64,000 nt of DNA, taken from positions 151,898 to 215,897 of the forward strand of contig NMRA01000145.1 of assembly GCA_002633005.1 (NCBI GenBank). Reading direction: 5' to 3'. Origin of the DNA: Phoronis australis (lineage: Eukaryota; Animalia; Phoronida). Each line of letters starts with the position of its first letter. Positions within the stretch are counted from its first letter, which is position 1. The notes under the pieces were generated by a model that was given only the letters and a program-made list of their open reading frames with translations, was not told where the DNA came from and did not search any database. Positions 23,033 to 35,700 of this stretch are shown here, piece after piece. A program made the position numbers and the translations under genes.

Positions 23033-23109
23033 AGGGTTGTCAAAGTGAATACCTGCTTTCAGCTCAGCAACTGCCAGACAACAAAGGCTTGAGTATTAGT
23101 TTGTCTGTG
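23033..23109 (+). other. Candidate non-coding 5'UTR exon of the MICAL-like gene
   Basis: Pyrimidine tract plus ttcAG acceptor and TG|GTAAGT donor upstream of the ATG exon. Confidence 0.5.
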
Positions 23110-23592
23110 GTAAGTAATTGATTTTGAACTGTCTGGTTTAATAGCAATAAATATTGGGGACACTTAGTTGACTTCACAGGGTCAACTGGCTAAGACATCT
23201 TGTTGGTTTTCGATGGCAAATTTAGCTTACAAATCCAATCAAGGTAGACTTCAGTAACACTAGGACCTCGTTAAAATGCAAGACTATGCGAGATTACTTG
23301 AGATATTGTCGTGTATTTTAAATTAGAACACGTGATTTTGTCTAGATTTTAGAGAGGTCCTGTCGTTACTGAACTGTACCCAGATCCCTAGCTGGTTAAA
23401 GTTAGCTTATCTAAACTAGACATGTGGTTAGGCGTATTACTAGTACAAAGAAGTCCTTGGCGATTTACGTAACTACTTCTAAAGTCTGATTTAATGTGCT
23501 TGGCTGCGCTTGACTATCTAACAAAGCTGCCTGTTTTATTTTAGGTATTTCGAAGTTCACCAGTGATCTACTAGTCGTGGAAGACCATAATA

Positions 23593-23747
23593 ATGGCAGG
23601 AGGAGCAAAAGCAATGAAGGCCCTACAGATTTGGTGCCGGCAGAAGACTGACGGTTACCGGGATGTTGAAATAAAGGACATGACAAAATCTTGGCGAGAT
23701 GGCATGGCATTCTGTGCTCTCGTACACAAGTATCGACCTGACTTGAT
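23593..23747 (+). CDS. MICALL2: MICAL-like coding exon 1 (CH domain start), 155 coding nt
   Basis: Acceptor before 23545, in-frame TAG upstream of ATG 23593, AT|GTAAGT donor. Confidence 0.95.
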
Positions 23748-26700
23748 GTAAGTGAATTTTGTATAGTGGTAACTTTGTCTTATTGATTATCACTTGCTTG
23801 CTGATTATACAAATAATTGTAAAATTTGATGCATCCCAGCCACTTTCTACCCTATGAACTAAGTACTAGTCGTTGTGTTTGTGTCTAACACAGGTACACT
23901 GCACTTTGCATAAACATGATCTATGTACCACATCACTGTCAATATTTTAATAAAAAATTATAGATGTCTCGGGTTGTTTGCAATTCAGACATGAAATTTC
24001 AGAAATTTATCATCGTTAGGTAGTACACAATCTCTGCAGCTGGTTCTTCAGAGTTCAGACCACAGGAAAACCTCGTGTTGTTTACAACCTGAAGATATTA
24101 AACATTTTCACATTTAATGAAATATAGTCAATTTAATCATATTTAAAGTGTAGATGTTGTACTGCAGAATCGCCATATTTTACGAAAATGTGGATAAACG
24201 AATTTCATTTACGTGTTATGACCACCATCATGAAAATGCCATACCATATGTTCATTTAAAAAAATTGAAAATGGCTCTTGTTTCACCCAGTTCACTTATT
24301 TATTTTTGCAAATGCTATTTTGCCGTACTTAGACCATAGTCACTCACTCATGAACCCGTTCTTCTCTCCTGGCTGCCAGGCTACTGTTTTCTATCCTGTT
24401 GTAACGTTGACCTATATGTCCATGACATGTTGGTTGATGGTTTAAAATAGGGTATCGACATCTGGCTTTATGAGCACTTGTGCATTTTGGTTAGCCTCAA
24501 CTGTCTGTAAGCTTTTATCATGGACACTTGTCATGATTCATGATTTAAATCAGGTATGGCAAGCAGTCTATGACAAAACCAAATGTCATAAATTTAACTG
24601 GTATCTTGTAAATCAGTCTCTTATTTACCATATCATGTGGGCCATATTTTTGTTTTGCATTTTTTGTTTCTGTATAGGTTGTGGTAATTTTGGGGATTGG
24701 CTGTTTAGGAATGTGTGATTGTGTAATTTGAGGAAGGAGATGTTTTGACATTAATTATGTATTTGATCTGAAATTGTATGCTAATTATATACACCTGCAG
24801 AGATGTGTACGAGTGTAAAGTGAGTAAGTTCCTGTGGTCCATTCCCAATACTTGGCGATATTCTGTTTGTACTTCCATGATCTCGCCTAACGCACTTGAG
24901 TGTTGCGTTAGTGAGGGCATACTGGGTTTAACATCTAGAAGCAAGCTTTCTGATCCCCAAAATCTTGCAACTTCAAAGGAAGAATAAATAAACAAGTTGT
25001 CACAGTTTTATTTAATAAAATAATGTTAATGACACTGGCAGTATGACTGAAAGTCTTTTGCATTGTCTCTTTTGGTCTCGTTTTAAAATTGAAGCTAAGT
25101 TTAACTAAATTTTAGATGACACATTTTGGTTTTGAGATTTCAACCAGGTGTTTGGCTGAATGAAGAATTTTAGTTGAAGAATAAGATCAAAATCATATCC
25201 ATCTATGCCAAAATGTTAATGTACTATTCACCAGGTTTTAAAAACTAGTATTTCTCAAATCTTGTCAAAGTTAAAGGAGAATGCCACCTGATTTAATTAG
25301 CTTTTTTACCGTCTTAATCGGTCTATATCCACATCACCTGTTATATGGTTGACCTCACCTTGCCGAGAGGTGTTGCGTTAACCTGTGAGGAAGGTGAGAA
25401 ACGAGGCAGCGACGTTAGTGGTTCGTCTGCAGAGTGAATGCCGCTATATTGCTATGCATCGTGACTCCTCGCTTTTCCGAAATATGAAGCTGCGAAGAAA
25501 GCGGGTATATCATTTTTTCGACTTCCTCGAGAGCCCGAAATGCTTAGGAAGTAGCTCCCGGTAGTGAAGAATGAAAGGTAGGCTGTTAATAGCAAGTATG
25601 AGGCCGTGAGACATCTCCGTGTCTGTGGCCGGCATTTTGTTGACAGTGATTTCTCTGACGAATTCCGGCTTACCAAAGAACTATCCATACGTTCTGTTGC
25701 CTGTGCATGTTCATGTTGCTCTCTAGTATTCCTTGATCAGTGTATTCCGCCAGGTTCGAACTCATAACCTGTGAAACCTAACAATCCAACCCGTGAATTC
25801 TTCGTCGCCTGAGCTCTTGACTAAGTCGGGATTGGCGTGGGGGGAGTTGACATGTAGATGTTTATTATTCTGCGTTCTGTTTCAAAACGAATTATTCTCA
25901 TCCTAACCAATGCTTATATGAAACTGAAACAAAGTCCGTCTCATTAGATACAATTTGTAATGCCTTGGAGTGTTCGTGAGTGCAAATGTTTTAGAAGCCA
26001 GCAATGAATAAACCACTGCGTTACCGGCTTTTGATGCCGGCAACAAAGGTAATTGCCCAAGCACCGAGGCCGTGTGAGCGCATGCTAATTCAGTGTTTGC
26101 TGACAGAAAGCTGTTGTGAAACGATTACTCGATTTTATATGCTATGGTCACATGTTAGGCGAATCTTTATTTAGAGATACAAATACATTATTCAAATCAT
26201 TGTTACTGTACGACCTTTGCCCTGACGGTCTGTGGAAGGGGAATCTGACATTGCGGGCCCCGACAAGTAAATAGATTTTCAGTTTCGTGGCTGATTCACA
26301 TAAATAATTACGTGCACATTATTTCTTTGGCTCACTATTATAGTCTTTTCGTGACTGGAGGTTTAGTTTCCAACTCAAGCTGGTTTATGTTCATGCCAGT
26401 CCCAGCGGCCGCGACGGGCCTGATCGGATTCTGAGCCACTGGGCGGGATAACATGTCAGTCCGGCCGCGAAGGGCCTGATCGGCTTCCGAGCCACTGACC
26501 GGGATAACAAGATTTTTGTGTGTTTAGAACTCAAAAAGTCACAAGTATAACAACACAGATATAGGTTCTCCTGTCTGTATTTCACGGAAGAATACTTCAA
26601 ATTTATCCCCGAACAGACCCCAAACTCCTCAATGCTACAGACCTTGGTAAATTGGCCTGCCGAACTTTGTAGGCTACGGTGTGTCCAAATACCAGTAAAT

Positions 26701-29700
26701 CCGTAACAGCGAAATAAAACAACACATTTTTATAAGAACTCTGTGTATTTTTAAGGGTTTTTCATCGAAGTTTGATGATTTATTGGTGTTAAAGGATGAA
26801 TTCAAGCCATAAGCTGACTCCAATAACCTGTGTTGTGAACTGCTGAACAGACTGGTGTGAAACCAATTACTTCATTGAATAATTTCAACACCTCCGTCTG
26901 TCGTCAGGTTCAGATAACGCAACCGAAAGTGCCTTGTCAAGTAGAACTACTCAATTTTTTAAATTGATACAAAATAGGTTGTTTTTTGGGTGGCATTCTC
27001 CTTTAAAGTTGAGAGGTGTCCCTCTTTTGGATATCTTTAGGTCTGGCTAATTACGTAATACTGCTGGCTGATCCATCAGTGTCCTACTGAGTTGTTATTT
27101 ACAAATAAGCGGTCTTGTACACTTTCAATGAAATAAAAGTCATATCATCTGATCCCAGATTGTGAAATGAAAGACAATCACAAGAAAGGCAAGTGTAATC
27201 ATTGCTTTGCTTAGGATGCATAGCATTATCTCGCAAAGATTTGCATGATTGTGCATTTTCGCAAATTTCTTGGGTCTACTGAAACCAGCAATGTTTTTTT
27301 CTTTCACAATACAAGATCATACCTGAGAATGCGTTAAAATGTTAATTGAATCTTAAAACTGTTAGTGTATAGTCAAAATCTTTTTACAGTGACTACGACT
27401 CATTGTCAAAAGAGAACATCTTTGAAAACAATAAGTTGGTAAGTACAAAAAATGTTTCTCCTTTACGCAAGTCACTTTCTCACATTGGCAGCATTGTGAG
27501 AGAGTCATTTCCACCCCATTCATGTTTGTGGTGATCTGTGTTGCTTTGATAACGGGAATAGTTTTATGCAAAGACAAACAGATCTTGAAACATACTGATG
27601 TGCCCTTCCCTACTATTATCAATATGAATACCCTTATTAGTCAGGTGTCTGGTATATTCTTGAAAATTAATATATGCGCCCACATACTTTGTAGTAAGTT
27701 GTCTGAATTTTATGATAAAAAATGAACACTACTCATTAGTGGTATTTTGGTTTTTACTGTTTGTATAACTGATTCAGAAAGTTGGCACATTTTCAAATTA
27801 CAAAATGATATCTGTTTGAATAGTTGGCTCTCTCTTGGTTGGCAAGACTTTCATCTGACTGGGAGGCTAAATTACTGTTTTTGTTGTCATGACCAGGGTC
27901 TTTTGATCTGATATTCATCTTCACTGAGCGTAAGTTGAGAGTTAAGATTTTCTAATCTGTAACTAAAACAGCCCGTTTCACTCAGTGGCGTCAAAAGTTT
28001 TTGTGAAAGAAAGAGTTTGCATCTGAGGGATTTCAGGTAAAGCTCGAGTGTTTGTGCAGGTATCAATATGTCATGTGCTTTGTGACAGCTGATACAAGAT
28101 AATAGATTACCTTACATGCCGGCTAATTGGCTACTAGCTAATGATGGGGGTTGTTAGATTGTACCATATGACATTGCTATCAGGTTGTGTAAGGTATCCG
28201 TTGGGGGTTAAATCCCAGGGAACTTAAATTTGAAATTCAAAGTCAAAGGGTGGGCATTAAGCCGATCATGGGTTTTTCAAAATTAAATTTGTGAGATGGC
28301 GAGGTGAGTGTTTATCCGAATAATTGATTTGTCTTCACTGTTTTTACACACACGTAGCATGATGTTGAAATGTGAATGAGTCGAAGCAATCTGTTTGCTT
28401 CATCTTCAATAAGACAGTAAAGTGTGTATTTTATTGCACGAATATAGCAAGGTGTCTCTGATGCGGACTGTTTGTTGGTTTGAGGTAAGGGAGTTGCACA
28501 CATTTTGGGAGCTAAAATTCTTGTGACACGGGAGTTCACATTAACACACTTGCACATTTAAGGAAGTCTCGTTAGTTTAAATTGGGGTTGAGGTTCAACT
28601 GAGCATGGGCGTTTAAAAAGGAAAATACAGAAATTTCTTGGATTGTCATATTTAGCCAAACATAGTTCCAACATAATTCGAATGTGTACAGCAACAAACA
28701 GTGTTTTTATTGTCTACAATCAGGCGATATTTTGTTTGGATCTTGCATGTGAAGAAGCTGATATCAATGTCAATAGACTGGGTGTTAACTTAAATCGGTT
28801 GTTTGGGGAAATGGCCAAACCTGACTTCCAAAAAATTTAGTGTTAAAAACCCACAATCTAGGTGTCAACTGTACCAGTACATCACTTTGCACCATATGGT
28901 TGGATTATAAATTATAGGCAATGTCTTTCTGATGAAGCCTTTATTCCCCTTCCCAATAAATTGCCAATTTTGAGTGTATATATTAAACAGTGTTGTTGGC
29001 AACTGTTGCTGAATTATTTTTTGCTGTCACCTCAGATCAGACTTCATAGTAATCGGGTCACCTCATGCTGAGTTCTTTTTATATAAATGTCCCTTGGTGT
29101 GGTCTCAAGCTGAGCCAGAGAAATGATCTGATGTTTAAATCCTGGGAATTTATTTTTATGTAGGAGGGATTTTTAGGTTTCTTTCAAAAGTGAATCTGAT
29201 CCGGGGATTTCCTTAGACCTTTAGATACATGAATCTTTATCAGATGTGCAAAAGTGTTTCTCACCAACCCCAGTTCAATCCATTTTACAAGCTGTTTATG
29301 AGCTCTTGTATCCCTTATTTGTTACCTGATAGTTTTGGTTAAGTTTCTGTTCATTTGGATCTTGTTACCGCGGATATTCTCATGATGCTCCAATCTGTGA
29401 TGTTCCCCTAGTTTCAATTTGAAGCTACAGACATTTCTATTAAGTAATTAGAAAAACAACAGGCGTTTGTCATTTTGTTACTTAAATTACTGGAATATGT
29501 TTTTTATTATTTTGAATATATTAAGTGCGGCTATGATATCATACTAAACTTTATCGTGGTCCAGTATTAACTTTGTGCTATATGTCACGTATGAAATAAT
29601 AAGAAAATAAAATTTCATCAGTCGGCCATATTGTATCCTAAATTGGTTAGTATATCCCAGAGATGCTAACCAGATTGAAATGAAGCCTGATGTGCTCTGT

Positions 29701-32700
29701 TCTCCAAAATCGTTTTAGTATGGTCCTCCTGATACCTGAGCTTCCCCTGTAGCCCCTTACCTAATATCATTTGTTAACATTATATTGTGTTCATTTACCA
29801 TATGTTGAGACAGACTGTGAACTATAACCTAAAGCTAGCGTCACATGAGGTCAGATGAGATGACACAAGTGTAAGTTACAAAAAGCTGCCATGTATTACT
29901 AGCTCAACACATGATCTTGTTGTCTTTCACTGACAAGTGAACATTCCCCAACTATTCTGTTTTGGGAACTAACTCTATCAAGAATTGATCCGTGACCCCC
30001 TCTGGCTATGCTGTAGAGTTTATCAATAGTTGCCTGCTGGGTAACCTGACAGGTGACTCATAAACTCACAATCCAACCTCAGAATAGCCTATTATTTACC
30101 TTTAGAAGTGGGCGTGTCCTTGGAGAAAAAATTTATTGTGGCTTGAATGAGCAGCATGTATAAAATTGGTGGATATCGGCATTGACAGCCCACTGTAATT
30201 AGAATTCTTTGTAGCCGAAATTGTTTAATGAGAAGTGTTAAAGCTATAAATTTTGATCAAGTCCTGTCTAATCAGTGGTTTGATGTTTTTTAATTTATAG
30301 TTATTACTTCAATAAGGATAATAACTGTATGTGGAAAAGCTGCTATTCACGAGTTGTACATTTTTGCTTTCAACTACACAACCAAATTTCAGGGATTATT
30401 TTAAGAAATTGCAGCCATGCTACAATCAGCCTAAGTGGCTGTTTCACAATAAGTCTCTTGTCTTTTGTCTTTTACTTACAAATCTGTCCACACACAGCCT
30501 AGTCCACTTTTAAGGCATGTTGCACGAATGCTGAAAGTCAAAAATCTGTGTGCAAATCAAAGCCAAAATTCAGATATCCATAGCCTGCCCTGGAGCAGAT
30601 TATTTAATATAAAAGACAAAAGAATCAATCTTTGGCTGTTAGACTCTTGAGAAAAAGGCCCTAGGTCATACAGCCTCAAATCTATGGGCCAATTAAGTTT
30701 TGTTTGCATCAAGTATCCATGCTATTAATTGCAAACACAAGATGAAATAAGTCATGATGGTCTTAAAGAAATTTATATCCTGCTTTCTAATTATTCATTT
30801 TTTGCGAGTCTAGTGATGGTAAACAATTAAGATGTGGTGAAAATAAATAGGACTTATCTCCCCCATCCACGATTGACTCAGCTGATTTTGGGTCACAACG
30901 TAGCATGTCGGACAGTGTGAGTGAGAATACTTTGGATGAATCGGTGACGTGGTTTTGACAAAAACAGTTGGCCTGACAATGAGGTAAAGGACAGCACGTG
31001 TCTGAAGTCCATGCACCTTTAGTGTGCAGCGCTCTTCAAGATTATTCCTGAAATATACAGCACACCCTTCTTTTACACATTCTAAGTTATTCTTCCTTTT
31101 CTAAGAGGAGTGTTGGATTTGGGATGTGGATATTGCAATTGATAGTGTGCTAGAGTTGATGATGAAATGCGCTGTCCTCAGATTACAAAATGATTATTTC
31201 AGTTGAGCATTCAGTCTATGAATCCCTGTCATTTCCTGTTAAATTTGCATATAGCAGCTACATAGTCAAGCCTCAAACCCCACAGCTGTGTTGTGTTAGG
31301 CAGTCATGCATCATAAATTCTATTGAAACTTGTCTGTAGCATTTCCCATGTATAATTTATCCCAACTTGGTCAAGAGACACAACTGCACTTTTTGTTAGA
31401 CAGCTTCAGATAAAACGCTTTCCTATGCTCTATACAAAAAGCACAGTGGTGTTTGCAACCAAGTTTGTGTCAATGAAAGGCTGCTACTTAACTATAATTT
31501 ACGCATGTATTTAACACCTGTTCATACATATTATTGTCATGGAGTTGATGGTAGATTGATGGAAATTATTAACTTAATGCTGATATAAATGCGTTTATTT
31601 GGTTTTATTTTTCGCTGAATTTTGACCTTTGAAGATGGTTTACTGTTGCCATGGTCATTGTGCAACTCAAGATTTCTACTGAATCTGAAAATACAAATTG
31701 TCAAAGTGAAGGTTGAAAATTGCCAAATGTTTTTAAGAACGAGTCAATTTTGTGGAACAAATGATCCGCTGCAAGTCACTGAACCGTTTCCAATAAGTAT
31801 CGTGACGTGTTGCTAGGTAATAACATTGCATGAAGCGGGCTATGTGAGTCCGCGAGGTGCCTCATAAGTGCAAATGTCACCTATTTGCAGAATTTTTTGT
31901 TTTCACATTTACAAGTTGTCAATGAATACAACTGCATTTTGTTTAGCGTAGATAAAACATATCTGTATTGTTAAAATAGCATTGTTGTTTAGTTCCTGCT
32001 ATACATTAGCATAGTTAGGAGCATGCAAGTGCGCCTCTGTTTAGCTGTCAATATTGAATTCTTAACTGAAACGCTGTGGGGTTAAAAAACATTACCAACC
32101 TCATTCGATCTTGAATTTCTGCCGGCTACTCAAGTCACAGGCAATGCGGACTTGTGTAGTTTTAGCGTTGGCCATCACTAATGATATCTGAAGCATTTTC
32201 TTGAGTTGCTGATGACATTGTGAGACCAGTTTTATGAGAGCGAAGGCTCAACTTGATTTTGTTTTTACCATCTAAACAGGGCGAAATACAATGCTTTATT
32301 TGGGATAAAGATACATGAGACTAAATATACGTATATGGTAGGGTTTTTGCTCAAATTGGCCTTCTGCAAACAGCATTCCTTGAAGTCAAATGTTTAAAAT
32401 GCATTGGCATTGTACACTTAGTATTTTGTATTATCTGCCACTAACGTGACATGATTTGGACCCACAAACAAAAATAGAAATGCAGTCACATCACATTTTC
32501 AAAACTTTTTGTAGGTTTTGGGCTTTTTTCAATTCAGGTAACCATGGAGCCATGTAGCACTTGAAATTTTTATGAAATTGTGTGTGGAAAAAGTAAAATC
32601 CGAGTAGAAATATGACCTCACTTGTATGAGGCATACTCCTACGTGAGTGGCGAACAGAGTTTGTTATGTTTTGTTTAGTTTTTTGGTCGCCACTTTTTAG

Positions 32701-35700
32701 AAGCCCAAATCCAGAAATAAACTGCACATATGCCATCACCCATATTTTGGAGCAGATGTTTTCGCCTGCATCGAGCACGTTTGCATTATGTGAGCTAGCT
32801 TTTGAGTAAAATCATAGGAGCACGTTATAATAGTAGTGTTTGAGAGACTACATAGCATTTCTTCTGTTTGGAAAGCTGTCTGGGACAGTTAGAAGTTCTT
32901 CTAAAAACCTAAGAATTTATAGAATGTAGCAAGTCTGGTTTATGTATGCACTAAAGTGGTTGATGAGTTTCACTCTTGGAAATGTCCTCAATGTTTAAAA
33001 ATGTGTTCAGTAAATTCCTTTCTATGAAAGCAAGTTATCTGCACAGGAATAAACATGGGCAACCTCAGTCTGTGTACAGACAAGTTGTTTACAAAAAAAG
33101 CATATTTCTGCTGTCCAAATTGTAAGATTGTGTCAAAAATTGTAATGTCTTTGAGTGGCCTCAGCTGCTATTTGACTGGCAATTCAAGTGACACTTATAG
33201 TTACAGCCACTATCCTGTGTTAATATTTTATTACCATACAGAAATTGGCCTGTGGCTATCAAGCTGTAGTTTGCCTCAGACTGTTATCATAACACAATTC
33301 ATGCCAGACTTGCTTGTAACAGAATATTATGATGGGATGATGTCAGTTTTGATTGGACTGCAAGACCATTTGACACAGGAATTGGAAGTCCTGCATTCCT
33401 CTGTCACTTAGTGGTTGTCTAGAACTGTAATTATTGAATGAGCTTCATGGTATTTTGTTGGTACAGTTTGTGGTGGGTCGTTCAATAATTCCTTGATAAA
33501 AATCTGGTTTAGGGTTTCTCTTGATTGAGCTATAGCGGAAGTTCGTATGCTGTATCTCATTAACCGATTGTTTTTTACGTTGGTGTTTTTGTCTGAGGTC
33601 TTGTTCTGTTGTTGTAGGTTTGTTGTTTTTTAACGTTGTGTAAAATAACCGTCCTAGAAACATCTAATAAAGTGCTCCATCTTGCATAACGTAATGATTT
33701 GAAGTTCTCTGTACCAGTTGGGAAATCTACCTTAAAGTTTGTTCAGTCCATTTTGATTTTTTCAATATTCTTTGCTGTGTTAGTGCCCATTAAGTATTTC
33801 AGGAGAAAATGTTATACAGCTGTTTGTAAATTGAAGGAGACACTTGACATGCTCTGCAAATGTGGTGGTTGTAAATGTTCCAGTGTGTGGTGTGTAAACT
33901 ATATGTATTCATCTGGTTTTAATGCCCATTGGTCTTTTTCACGAAAGTGACTTAGGAAATTTGGTCTTGCACTTCCAATTCACAATTGTTGAAAAAGGTT
34001 TAGAATTATCTTAGTAACTGGCACTCTGTATATCATCTCAGACTTTGCAGAAGTAGCTTTACGCAGCATAAAACTAAATTTCTGTTGTAAAAATTAGCTC
34101 CAAGCCACTTTTCATGAAACAAACTCCAGGGTAAAAGTTTTTGCTTGAAGCTGGGATGGTCGTAAGTCGTGAGTGAATACACACTGTTTTTTTATAAATG
34201 AAGCATTGTGCAAGTGACATTTAGTTGACTGTAGTTTATATTCGCCTTTAGCGACTATCTCTGTGCCAGAAAATCGGGAAGTACAATGGTTTTAGCTGCG
34301 ACAGTTTGTATTTTGGACCCAATTGATGCAACATGACTAAGCAGAAAGAAGGTGGCCTGAATAATTTTGTCGTTCTTTAACAGGCGTTTGAGGTAGCAGA
34401 ACGTGAACTGGGTATTCCAGCACTGCTCGATGCTGAAGACATGGTGGCGCTGCAGGTGCCTGATCGACTCAGCATTATCACCTACGTGGCTCAGATGTAC
34501 AATTACTTCAAGGATCACACGCCACGTGAGTCTAGTCGCATTGTATTGCACTCAGTTTTACTGAGCGAAATGACTACAGAAAGGCGCACAACAAAATGTT
34601 TGCAATTTGCGTGGAAAATAAATTTAATTGAAAATGCTAGGCATCAATTAGGCCTTAATAAATTGGAAAACATCACCACCACGATTTTACTTTGAAAAAG
34701 GTGCTAGCAACTTGATTGGCTGCTGGAAAATTTTTGACAAATTGGCTGCGAAAAGTTTTTGGTAAAACGGCCACTGAAAGTTCCTTGCAAATGACTACAC
34801 ACTGTTTGTTACAAGCTGTATGCAAAATGTAAGTTTTTGGTCTATACCATGATGCCTACAGCTATTTTGCTGATAAAAGTTTTGATTTTGGCGGATTTTC
34901 ATCTTCAAAATTTCACCGTACTTCCAGAGGCTCACCATGACAATGTGGTGATCAGTTTATAAATTTTTGGATGTTTGAAACATGATTTTTTAAATAAAAT
35001 TGTGGTGTTTGCCATTAGCTTAGTACGTAGTAAATTTTTTTGCCAATTTGATTTTTTACGTTGTGAATAGCCCATGTGCAGTGAAGTTAGTGCTCAGCAG
35101 ATGAGAGCGTGTGCGAAAGTACGTCTGTTACATCTAATGAAGTAAGATCCAACTGGTAAATCTTTAGTTCCAAGACACTTCATCAGTGTACCCTTAACTA
35201 ACCGTCTGTTATTATTGTCCAATAAACCATGCAACATAAACCACCCTGGATAGTTCCCTTCGTGAATCAATAATTCATATTATTTATACAAGCTTTGTCT
35301 CTCTGGGTAAATGTTGTAATTGTTCTGCTTTTTGGTTTACCCGATGACTTGATCATAATATTGATCCAAGTCTGCTGCATGTGTTAAGGGGATGCCAGGA
35401 TATTATTTGTTGCAGTCTAAAGTCTGCATTTCCTGTTCTATCTAGTGTAAACGAAACTGCTGATCAATGGAACAAAAGATGGCGGTACACTCGTGTTTTC
35501 GAATCGCATTGGAATTGGTGTAATTCCTGGTTGAACGTGTTTTTGTAACAGTTTGCACAGTTTTATTGCGACGGGGACATAAAGTCCTTTAAGCACACCC
35601 TCTACAAACTTGTAGGGTCTTACCATTGGTTTTCAGTTTTTGTGACCAGAAAAACTATCTGCTCTTCAATTTAGCTGAGATGCCGGACATGTAGTATTAG

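Noticed and set aside
27500-34300. Many 60-120 aa ORFs in the long introns
   Set aside because: Random-composition ORFs in AT-rich intron with no splice or homology support
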